From positions 641,187-705,186 of the forward strand of contig CAWFPG010000005.1 of the NCBI GenBank assembly GCA_963817715.1: a stretch of 64,000 nucleotides of DNA. Direction: 5' to 3'. Within the stretch, counting starts at the first letter, position 1, and every line of letters starts with the position of its first letter. The translations under genes were made by a program, and so were the position numbers. This document shows positions 8,475 through 16,672 of this stretch, piece after piece. The notes beneath the pieces are model-generated. The model was not told the DNA's origin. It saw nothing but the letters and a program-made list of their open reading frames with translations, and made no database searches. The stretch is from an uncultured Gemmatimonadales bacterium. Lineage in GTDB: Bacteria > Gemmatimonadota > Gemmatimonadetes > Gemmatimonadales > GWC2-71-9.

Positions 8475-9469
8475 CAGGTGGTCCCGTCCTCCCGAGCGTC
8501 GAGGAACGCCTTGGCGGCACCGTAGACGCCCGCCATCCCGTGCAGGGTGCCGGGCACGATCCGGCAGGCCTCGACCGCCGGACGGAAGGCGCGGCGAGCG
8601 ACCTCGCGCCTGAGCGGCTCGAAGAGCAGGTCGCCGGCCTGGGTCACGCCGCCGGCGACGACCACGAGGTCGGGGTTGAAGATGTTGAGCAGGTTGGCGA
8701 CACCGGCGCCGAGGTAATGGGCGGTGTCGCGCACCACGTCGCGGGCGACCTGGTCGCCGTCCTGGGCGCCGGCGAAGACCGTCTGCGCCGTGATGGCGTC
8801 GATGCTGCCGCCGGCCAGTGCGATCAGGTTGCTGTCGAGGCCGGTGCGGATCTCCTCGATGGCCCGCATCGCGATCGCGGGACCGGACGCATAGGCCTCG
8901 AGGCAACCATAGTTGCCGCAGGGGCAGCGGCGGCCGTCCATGTCGATCGTCATGTGGCCGATCTCGCCGGCACAGTCGGAGGCGCCATGGTGGAGCCGGC
9001 CGTTGAGGACCAGGCCTCCGCCGATCCCGGTGCCAATCGTGATCCCGATCGCGTGGCGGGCTCCGCGGGCCGATCCGACCCAGCACTCCCCGAGGACGGC
9101 GCAGTTGGCGTCGTTGTCGAGCACCGCCGGAAGTCCCAGTGCCTCGGCGAGGCGATCGCGCAGCGGCACGTCGACCCAGCCGAGGTTGGGAGTGAGGAGC
9201 ACCACGCCGCGGGCAGTGTCGAGCGGGCCGGGGGCGCCGATGCCGATGCCGTGCACATGGGCGTCGGGTTCCAGCTCGCCGATCCGGGCGAGCGTCTCCC
9301 GAGCCATGGCGGCGATGCTGGTGATCACCGTGTCGGTGCCGCGGGCGGCGTCGGTGGGGCGGGTGTGCTCGCCCATGACGCGGCTGCCATCGACGGCCAC
9401 CGCGCCGACAACGAGGTTGGTGCCACCGATATCGATACCGAGTACGTAGTCCAGGGTGTCCTCGCTCAG
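8474..9469 (-). CDS. ROK-family sugar kinase (glucokinase-like)
   Basis: DYVLGIDIGGTNLVVGAV ATP motif and the ROK zinc motif CPCGNYGCLEAYASG. No ATG/GTG/TTG precedes the GIDIGGT motif. CTG 9469 overlapping the GT9 stop (CTGA) is the only candidate, so the start is uncertain. Confidence 0.75.
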   Translation of the reverse strand: MSEDTLDYVLGIDIGGTNLVVGAVAVDGSRVMGEHTRPTDAARGTDTVITSIAAMARETLARIGELEPDAHVHGIGIGAPGPLDTARGVVLLTPNLGWVDVPLRDRLAEALGLPAVLDNDANCAVLGECWVGSARGARHAIGITIGTGIGGGLVLNGRLHHGASDCAGEIGHMTIDMDGRRCPCGNYGCLEAYASGPAIAMRAIEEIRTGLDSNLIALAGGSIDAITAQTVFAGAQDGDQVARDVVRDTAHYLGAGVANLLNIFNPDLVVVAGGVTQAGDLLFEPLRREVARRAFRPAVEACRIVPGTLHGMAGVYGAAKAFLDAREDGTT

Positions 9470-10464
9470 GTCGAAAGCAGCGGGGTGAGGGCCGCGCGCA
9501 CGCGGTCGAGGTCGAGATCCACCATGCAGCGATGGTGGCCCAGCGGACAGCGCGCCGGTCCGTGAGGTGAGCAGGGTCGACAGGCGAGGTCGCCCAGCTC
9601 GACGATCACATCCCTGGCGCCCTGGGGGCCGAAGCCGAAGGCCGGCACCGTGGGGCCGAAGAGCGCCACCGTTGGAACGCCCACCGCCTGGGCCAGGTGC
9701 AGTGGCAACGAGTCGTTGCTGACCAGCGCCACCGCCCGGGCCAGCACCGCCGCCGAGGCGCGGATCGGCAGCACGCCAGCGGCGCTGGCCCCGCCATGGC
9801 GTGCCGCAGCGACCACCCCCTCGGCCAGGGCCCGGTCCTCGGGACCGCCGAGCACCACCACCGGCAGGTCGAGGGTGCCGGCCAGCTCGGGATACTTGTC
9901 CCAGCGCTTGGTACCCCAGATCGAGCCGGGCGCCAGGGCCACAAACCGACCCCCGATGCCGACCGTCTCGAGCCAGGCGGCGGCCGTGGCGTGGTCGGTC
10001 GCGGTGAGCCCGAGGGTCGGCCGTCGCGGGCCGTCCTCCCCGACCAGCGCCAGCAGCCGGGCGGTCTCGTGCGCCTCGCGGGGCCGCGGCACCCGGCGGG
10101 TATAGCACCAGCGCGCCGGGGCGTCGGCGAAGCCGATGCGCTCCGGGATGCCGGCCAGCAGCGCCACCAGTCCCGACCGCCACGACCTGTGGGGAAGATA
10201 GGCCCGGGCGTAGCCCGCGGCACGCAGCTCGGCGGCAAGGCGGCGGATGCCGCCCAGGCCCCGCGCTGCGCCGCGCTTGTCGTGGCGGAGCACCCGCCGC
10301 ACCGCCGGATGGGTCTCCAGCAGCTGGACGGCCCCGGGCGTGGTCACCACGTCGACCGGGCCGTGGCGCTCGGCGAGCGCCTCGAGCAGCGGCGTGGTGA
10401 GGACCACGTCGCCGAGAAAGGCGGTCTGGATGACGAGGGTCGGTGGTCGATGGTCGATGGTCAA
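9466..10464 (-). CDS. Glycosyltransferase family 9 (LPS heptosyltransferase-like)
   Basis: 332 aa with LVIQTAFLGDVVLTTPLLEAL at the N-terminus, typical of the GT9 fold. The only upstream start is TTG 10464, which lies inside the heptamer repeat. Confidence 0.75.
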   Translation of the reverse strand: MTIDHRPPTLVIQTAFLGDVVLTTPLLEALAERHGPVDVVTTPGAVQLLETHPAVRRVLRHDKRGAARGLGGIRRLAAELRAAGYARAYLPHRSWRSGLVALLAGIPERIGFADAPARWCYTRRVPRPREAHETARLLALVGEDGPRRPTLGLTATDHATAAAWLETVGIGGRFVALAPGSIWGTKRWDKYPELAGTLDLPVVVLGGPEDRALAEGVVAAARHGGASAAGVLPIRASAAVLARAVALVSNDSLPLHLAQAVGVPTVALFGPTVPAFGFGPQGARDVIVELGDLACRPCSPHGPARCPLGHHRCMVDLDLDRVRAALTPLLST

Positions 10465-10561
10465 TGCTCACTCCGGCCCGGCGGGTGCGGCGGCACGGCC
10501 GGATGCAGCAGCTCTCCGCCAGATGGTCGCGCCATCGACGATCGACAATCGACCATCGACC
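10438..10561. repeat. Inverted tandem-heptamer arrays: (GGTCGRT/GGTCAAT)x4 at 10438-10465 and (ATCGACN)x4 at 10534-10561, with a 68-nt GC-rich spacer carrying its own hairpin
   Basis: Units counted directly. The element lies between the lepA stop (10567) and the GT9 start, and the left array overlaps TTG 10464. Confidence 0.9.
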
Positions 10562-10566
10562 CTGTG

Positions 10567-12366
10567 CTAGTCCACCTGCAGCACGGCCAGGAACGCCTCC
10601 TGCGGGATCTCCACCGAGCCGACCTGCTTCATGCGCTTCTTCCCCTCCTTCTGCTTCTCGAGGAGCTTGCGCTTGCGGGTGATGTCGCCGCCATAGCACT
10701 TGGCGAGGACGTCCTTGCGCATCGGCGGGATCGACTCGCGGGCGATCACCTTGGCGCCGATGGTGGCCTGGATCGCCACCGCGAAGAGCTGCCGCGGGAT
10801 CAGCTCCTTCAGCTTCTCGGCGATCTTGCGGCCCCACTCGTACGCCTTGTCGCGGTGGATGATCACGCTGAAGGCATCGATCGGGTCGCCGTTGATCAGC
10901 ATGTCGAGCTTGACCAGCGGCGACGGGCGGAAGCCGGCCATCTCGTAGTCGAGCGAGGCATAGCCACGCGAGATCGACTTGAGCTTGTCGTAGAAGTCGA
11001 GGACGATCTCGCCGAGCGGGAAGTCGAAGTTGAACTCGACCCGGGCGGTGTCGATGTAGGTCATCCCGTGATAGACGCCGCGGCGTTCCTGGCCCAGCTT
11101 CATGATCCCGCCGATGTACTCGGCCGGCGCCATGATCCGCGCCTTCACGTAGGGCTCCTCGATCCGGGCGATGCTCGCCGGGTCGGGGAGGTCGCTGGGG
11201 TTCTCGACGTCGACCATCGTCCCATCGGTGAGGTAGACGTCGTACTCCACCGTCGGCACCGTGGTGATCAGGTCGAGCCCGAACTCGCGCTCGAGCCGTT
11301 CCTGGACGATCTCGAGGTGGAGCAGCCCCAGGAAGCCGCAGCGGAAGCCGAAGCCCAGCGCGGTCGACGACTCGGGCTGGTACTGCAGCGAGGCGTCGTT
11401 GAGCACCAGCTTCTCGAGCGCGTCGCGAAGGTCCTCGTACTGATTGACGTCGGTGGGATAGACGCCGGCGAAGACCATCGACTTCACCTCGCGGTACCCC
11501 GGCAGCAGCTCGGTGGCCTGCCGCGCCGCGTCGAACACCGTGTCGCCCACCCGGGCGTCGCGCACGTCGCGCAGCGACGCCACGAAGTAGCCGACCTCGC
11601 CGGCCTCCAGCTCGCCGGTGGGTCGCTGGCCCAGCGCGAGGTAGCCGACCTCGTCGACGCGGTACACGTCGTCGGGGTGTGAGCCGAAGGCGACCTCCAT
11701 CCCGGCCCGGAGCCGGCCGTCGACCACCCGGATGCTGGGGATCGCCCCGCGGTAGCGGTCGTAGTACGAATCGAAGATCAGGGCACGGAGGGGTGCCTCG
11801 GGCGACCCCGAGGGCGGCGGCACCCGGGCGACGATCCGTTCGAGCAGCTCGGGGACCCCGGTGCCGTCCTTGGCCGAGACCGCGAGGATCTCCTCGCGCC
11901 GGGCACCGATCAGCTCGATGATCTCCTCCGCCCGCCGCTCGGGCTCGGCGCCGGGGAGGTCGATCTTGTTGAGCACCGGGATGATCTCGAGCCCGGCGTC
12001 GAGGGCCAGGAAGAGGTTGGAGAGCGTCTGCGCCTGGATCCCCTGCGAGGCGTCGACCACGAGGATCGCCCCCTCACAGGCATTGAGCGAACGCGAGACC
12101 TCGTAGGTGAAGTCGACGTGTCCGGGGGTGTCGATCAGGTTCAGCTCGTAGTCGTTGCCGTCGGCGGCCCGGTAGGCCATCCGTACCGCATTGAGCTTGA
12201 TGGTGATGCCGCGTTCCCGCTCCAGGTCCATCTGGTCGGTGACCTGCGACCGCATCTCGCGCTTGGAGACCGTCCCGGTCAGTTCGATCAGGCGGTCGGC
12301 CAGGGTCGACTTGCCGTGGTCGATGTGCGCGACGATGCAGAAATTGCGGATGGCGTTCTGGCGCAT
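10567..12366 (-). CDS. lepA: Elongation factor 4 (LepA)
   Basis: [39 protein letters not shown]. 599 aa from ATG 12366, which is internal to track ORF 10567..12435. Confidence 0.95.
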   Translation of the reverse strand: MRQNAIRNFCIVAHIDHGKSTLADRLIELTGTVSKREMRSQVTDQMDLERERGITIKLNAVRMAYRAADGNDYELNLIDTPGHVDFTYEVSRSLNACEGAILVVDASQGIQAQTLSNLFLALDAGLEIIPVLNKIDLPGAEPERRAEEIIELIGARREEILAVSAKDGTGVPELLERIVARVPPPSGSPEAPLRALIFDSYYDRYRGAIPSIRVVDGRLRAGMEVAFGSHPDDVYRVDEVGYLALGQRPTGELEAGEVGYFVASLRDVRDARVGDTVFDAARQATELLPGYREVKSMVFAGVYPTDVNQYEDLRDALEKLVLNDASLQYQPESSTALGFGFRCGFLGLLHLEIVQERLEREFGLDLITTVPTVEYDVYLTDGTMVDVENPSDLPDPASIARIEEPYVKARIMAPAEYIGGIMKLGQERRGVYHGMTYIDTARVEFNFDFPLGEIVLDFYDKLKSISRGYASLDYEMAGFRPSPLVKLDMLINGDPIDAFSVIIHRDKAYEWGRKIAEKLKELIPRQLFAVAIQATIGAKVIARESIPPMRKDVLAKCYGGDITRKRKLLEKQKEGKKRMKQVGSVEIPQEAFLAVLQVD

Positions 12367-12381
12367 AGGGGCGGAAATATA

Positions 12382-12476
12382 CCGGAGCGGAGGGTGGAGG
12401 ACGGCACGACGGAAAACGGAGGGCGGTCCCGCCACCCTCCCCCCCGTTCTCGGTCGTGCCGCCCTCCGCCCTCCGG
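12382..12476. repeat. ~95-nt imperfect palindrome in the divergent lepA/eamA promoter region
   Basis: Outer arms CCGGAG (12382) and CTCCGG (12471). Perfect 9-bp core CGGCACGAC (12402-12410) pairs with GTCGTGCCG (12453-12461). GGAGGG/CCCTCC motifs occur throughout. Confidence 0.8.
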
Positions 12477-12494
12477 CATGGTAGCTTTTCCCCC

Positions 12495-13385
12495 ATGCGG
12501 CGCCCCTTGCTCTCTCCCGCCACCGGCATGCTCCTGGTCGTGCTCTTCTGGGGCGGCAACTTCACCGCCACCAAGCTGGCCTTCGCGGAGATCCCCCCGC
12601 TCGCCTTCACCGCCCTCCGGTTCGCGGTGGCGTCGCTGGTCCTCTGGCTGATCGTGCGGCGGGTCGAGGGACCCCGGCCGCTGCCGGCCGGCGCCCTCAA
12701 GCGGTTGGTGATCCTCGGTCTGGTCGGCAATACCGGCTACCAGCTCTGCTTCGTCGAGGGGCTGGCCCGGACCTCGGCGACCAAGAGCGCGATGATCCTC
12801 GCCATCCTCCCGGTGGCCGTGACGGTCGCCGCCGCGGCACTGCGGATCGAGACCGTCACCACCCGGCAACGGCTGGCGGTGCTGGTCGCGACGGTCGGGG
12901 TGGCGCTGGTGCTGCTCGCCCGGGGCGGCTCGATCGGCGGCCCGGTGGGGCTCGGCGACCTGCTGCTGTTCGTCGGCGTGCTCGCCTGGACCGGCTACAC
13001 CCTGATGCTCCGCCGCTGGGCACTGCCGATCTCGTCGCTGCGCCTCACGGCCTGGACGATGTACACCGGCACGCCGTTGTTGCTGGTGATCGGCCTGCCC
13101 GAGCTGCTGGGGACCGATTGGCGGGCGGTGACGGTGGCCGGCTGGGGCGGCGTGGGCTACGCGGCGCTGCTGTCGCTGGTGGCCGCCTACATCCTCTGGA
13201 ACCGAGGGGTCGCCATGCTCGGCGCCTCGCGCGCCGCGGTCTACAACACCCTGGTCCCGTTCGTCGCGACGGTGATCGCGTTCATCGGACTGGGTGAGCG
13301 GCCCGGACCGCTCCACCTGATCGGGGGCCTGCTGATCGTGAGTGGCGTGCTGCTGGCCCGACAGGCCCCGGCGCCGGAAGGGTAG
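12495..13385 (+). CDS. EamA/DMT-family transporter
   Basis: Ten-TM-like hydrophobic profile with [29 protein letters not shown] 12495 was chosen over GTG 12456, which lies inside the palindrome. Confidence 0.8.
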   Translation: MRRPLLSPATGMLLVVLFWGGNFTATKLAFAEIPPLAFTALRFAVASLVLWLIVRRVEGPRPLPAGALKRLVILGLVGNTGYQLCFVEGLARTSATKSAMILAILPVAVTVAAAALRIETVTTRQRLAVLVATVGVALVLLARGGSIGGPVGLGDLLLFVGVLAWTGYTLMLRRWALPISSLRLTAWTMYTGTPLLLVIGLPELLGTDWRAVTVAGWGGVGYAALLSLVAAYILWNRGVAMLGASRAAVYNTLVPFVATVIAFIGLGERPGPLHLIGGLLIVSGVLLARQAPAPEG

Positions 13386-13386
13386 G

Positions 13387-13523
13387 GGCGACAGGCGACA
13401 GGCGACGGGCGACAGGCGACAGGCGACAGGCGGTGGATGGAGGCTAGCTTCCGGTCGCTTGTCGCTTGTCGCCCGTCGCCCGTCGCCCGTCGCTTGTCGC
13501 TTGTCGCTTGTCGCCTGTCGCCC
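13387..13523. repeat. Inverted tandem-heptamer arrays: (GGCGACA/GGCGACG)x6-7 at 13387-13435 and (GTCGCTT/GTCGCCC/GTCGCCT)x10 at 13454-13523
   Basis: Units counted directly. Arms are unequal (6-7 versus 10 units). The element starts 2 nt after the eamA stop and ends 12 nt before the next start. Confidence 0.9.
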
Positions 13524-13534
13524 TCGAGGATCCC

Positions 13535-13876
13535 GTGCCCGACTCCCTCCAGGATTTCAATGCCTTCCGCTCCCGGATGAACGATCTCATCCTCGGCGCC
13601 GGCAACCTGACCATCAACCGCTTCTTCGCGCTGGACCACCGTGCCTACGAGCCTGGCGCGCTCGGCAAGCAGCAGAAGGAGATGCTGGGGCTGGTGGCGT
13701 CGCTGGTGCTGCGCTGCGACGACTGCATCACCTATCACATCGAGCAGTGCCATGCAGCGGGCGTCAGCCGCGAGGAATTCCTCGAGGTCTTCTCGGTGGG
13801 ACTGGTGGTGGGCGGCAGCATCGTGATCCCGCACCTCCGGCGGGCGATGGCGCGGCTGGAGGAGCTGGAACGATAG
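13535..13876 (+). CDS. Carboxymuconolactone decarboxylase/AhpD-like family protein (CxxC)
   Basis: LVASLVLRCDDCITYHIEQCHAAGVSREEFLEVF..GGSIVIPHLRRA. GTG 13535 is preceded by GAGGA. The upstream part of track ORF 13466.. is repeat sequence. Confidence 0.75.
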   Translation: MPDSLQDFNAFRSRMNDLILGAGNLTINRFFALDHRAYEPGALGKQQKEMLGLVASLVLRCDDCITYHIEQCHAAGVSREEFLEVFSVGLVVGGSIVIPHLRRAMARLEELER

Positions 13877-13997
13877 ACGATAGACGATAGACGATAGACG
13901 ATAGCCGACCGTCGGTCGCCCGCAACGCGCAGGGGCCGGATCTCCAAGGTGGAGCCGGCCCCTGCGTTCGTCTATCGTCTATCGTCTATCGTCTATC
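13872..13997. repeat. Inverted tandem-heptamer arrays: (GATAGAC)x4 + GATAGCC at 13872-13906 and (GTCTATC)x4 at 13970-13997, enclosing a perfect 11-bp GC hairpin (13929-13939 / 13955-13965)
   Basis: Units counted directly. The TAG stop of the AhpD-like gene lies in the first unit, and the minus-strand TAG of the M28 gene lies in the last unit. Confidence 0.92.
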
Positions 13998-15589
13998 GTT
14001 CACTCCCCACGATCTCCTTGTAGCTCTCGGGGTTCCACTGCGGTCGCTGGACCGTGTTGGCGATCTCGGCGCCGAGGTAGAACGCCACCTTCGCCACCCG
14101 CGACAGCTTGTCCGTGTTGATCAGTCCCACCTCGTCGTCGCTGCGGTGGTACTGGTCGTGGACCCCGTTGAAGAAGAAGAGGATCGGCACGCCCTTGCGG
14201 GCGAAGTTGAAGTGGTCGGAGCGGAAATAGAAGCGCTGCTCGGGCCAGATGTCGTCGGCGGTGGTGAGGTGCAGCTCCGGGTGCCGGGCGTTGACGCGTG
14301 CCAGCGTGGTGCCCATGTCGGAGTGCTCCTTGCCGATGACCACGATCGAGTCCGGCGCGTTGCGGCCGATCATGTCCATGTTGATGTCGGCCACGATCAG
14401 GCTCTCGGGCACCGTCGGGATGCTCGGAGAACCACTGCGAGCCGAGCAGCCCCTTCTCCTCGCCCGACACATTGAGGATCAGGATCGAGCGCTTGGGCTT
14501 GACCTTGAGGCGGCTGTAGGCCTCGGCGACCATCACCACGCCGGTGCTGCCGGAGCCGTCATCGTCGGCGCCGTTGCAGATGCTGTCGACCGGCATCCCG
14601 TCCTTGGCGGGTGCGGCGCGGCAGCCACCCACCCCGTCGCCGATCGTGCCGATGTGGTCCATGTGGGCCGAATAGACCACGTACTCGTTCTTGAGCACGG
14701 GGTCGGAGCCCGGGATCATCGCCACCACGTTGGGGGCGGTGGTGCGCTCGAGTTCGTGTTCGCTCACATGCAGCATGAGGGAGACCGTCTCCGGGACCTC
14801 CTGGATGACGGGAGCCGGGGACTGCCGCATCTGATCCCAGTCGGGACGGTTCGCCGCCTGCGGGTCGTTGGCGAAGAATTCGTCGTGGATCCAGATCTCG
14901 GGTGCGGCGGTTGACGGCAGGTCGAGCTGGAAGCGTCCACCGGAGGAGAGCTGCTGCTGGATACGCTTGAAGGCCTCCGGCCGGTCGTTGCGCAGCATGA
15001 CCAGCCCCGCCGGCCCGCCGGCCCGGATCGCGTTGCGCCAGCTGTTCCAGTCGCGCGCCCGAGCCGAGTCGTAGACCATGAACGCGATCTTGCCGTGCAG
15101 ATCGACGCCCTGGATCGCCTCGGGGGTGAGCGCGCCACCGAAGATCACCAGCCCCCCGGTCGCGTCACCGCGTCCCGCGCTCCGGACCAGACCCCAGTCG
15201 GTGAGCGGATATCGGGTGTAGGTGCCGTTTTCGTCGGACTGGAGCCACGATTGCGTCAGGTCGACCGACTTCTTCACCAACGGGTAGCGCTGGAACCAGC
15301 CGCCGTTCTCCCCGGCCGGCTGGAGGCCCCACCGCTGGTAGAGCGACGCGAAATAGGCCGCGGTCTTGTCGAGCCCTGCCGACGGGGTGTTGCGGCCCCC
15401 CATCGAGTCGTCGGCGATCACCGAGAGCCGCTCCAGCACCGAGGCCGGGGTGATCGACGATGCCGCGCGGCTGAGCTCGGCCTCATAGGGGGCCGCCCCT
15501 GGAATCGGCTGCGGCGGAGCGTGGCTGCAGCCCGTCAGGACTGGAACCAGCAGGGCGGCCAGGGCCGTACGGTACGCAATGCGAGACAT
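13993..15589 (-). pseudogene. M28-family aminopeptidase lipoprotein with PA domain, interrupted by a 1-nt frameshift near 14417-14419
   Basis: ORF 14000..15889 carries MSRIAYRTALAALLVPVLTGCS (lipobox) through ..GADDDGSGS..VSGEEKGLLGSQWFSEHP. The continuation TVPESLIVADINMDMIGR..FRSDHFNFARKGVP is in ORF 13993..14472. Removing one G of the GGG run restores WFSEHPTVPESL. Confidence 0.8.
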
Positions 15590-15751
15590 CTCGGTCTCCC
15601 GTGGAGAGGATGGGACACCGGCACGGGGTGCGCCGTCGGCGCTGTCGCGGTGCCGGCCGCTGAGCTCAGGGAATATGTCACGATACGAAACGGATCGAGC
15701 CCGGTTTCGCGGTTTGCCGCCTTCGCGGGGGTCCGGTAGCTTGCTTGCCCC

Positions 15752-16672
15752 ATGTCGCCTGCCGTGAACCGTCGTGCCGGGGCCTCCCGGAGTCGCCTGG
15801 ACCTCCTCAGTCCCGGGGATGTGGCGCGTCTGGGTGGGCTCGAGGTGACCACCGAATCGATCGTCGACGGTTTCCTTGCCGGGTTGCATCGCTCACCGCG
15901 CCGCGGCTTCTCGGTCGAGTTCGCGGAGCATCGGCAGTACCAGCCCGGTGATGACCCCCGCTACATCGACTGGAAGTTGCTGGGCCGCACCGATCGGCTC
16001 CACGTGAAGCAGTTCGAGGAGGAGACCAACCTCCGCGCCATGCTGGTCGTCGACGCCAGCGCGTCGATGGGCTGGCGCGGCGATGAGGAGCGACTCACCA
16101 AGCTCGATTACGCCGCCCGGCTCGCCGGGGCGCTGGCGCTGGTGCTGCTCCGCCAGCACGACGCGGCGGGGCTGGTGACCTTCGACGAGCAGGTCCGCAG
16201 CGTCACCCCGCCCCGGCTCCGAGCCGGCCACTGGCGGATGCTGGCGGGCACCCTCGCCGCGCTGGCGCCGGGGCACCGCACCGCAGCCGAGCCGGCGCTC
16301 CACCAGGTGGTCGGGGCGCTGCGCCGACGCGGCATGGTGGTGTTCATCTCCGACCTCCTGCTCGACCGGGCAGTCACCCTCAAGGCGCTCAAGTTCCTGC
16401 GGCACCGTGGCCACGACGTGTTGGTGCTGCACATCGCCGATCCGGCCGAGCTGGAGCTGGGCAGCGGCGACGAGACCAGGTTCCGCGATCCGGAGACCGG
16501 CGAGACGGTGACGCTGGCGCCGAGTGAATGGGCCAGCGCCTACCGATCCACGGTGCAGGGGGTGGTGCGCGACTGGGGGATGGCCTGTCGCGGGTCGGGG
16601 ATCCACTACACCCTGCTCACCACCGACCTGCCATTCGGCGAGGCACTGGGTCGGGCCCTGGCGGCACGATGA
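15752..16672 (+). CDS. DUF58 family protein (vWA-like, MoxR-system associated)
   Basis: HRSPRRGFSVEFAEHRQYQPGDDPRYIDWKLLGRTDRLHVKQFEEETN and LVVDASASM. Confidence 0.85.
   Translation: MSPAVNRRAGASRSRLDLLSPGDVARLGGLEVTTESIVDGFLAGLHRSPRRGFSVEFAEHRQYQPGDDPRYIDWKLLGRTDRLHVKQFEEETNLRAMLVVDASASMGWRGDEERLTKLDYAARLAGALALVLLRQHDAAGLVTFDEQVRSVTPPRLRAGHWRMLAGTLAALAPGHRTAAEPALHQVVGALRRRGMVVFISDLLLDRAVTLKALKFLRHRGHDVLVLHIADPAELELGSGDETRFRDPETGETVTLAPSEWASAYRSTVQGVVRDWGMACRGSGIHYTLLTTDLPFGEALGRALAAR

Noticed and set aside
9470-10837. N-terminal extension of ORF 8474..10837 (787 aa)
   Set aside because: It overlaps the GT9 gene and the lepA 3' end in a different frame. Only the ROK kinase portion carries motifs.
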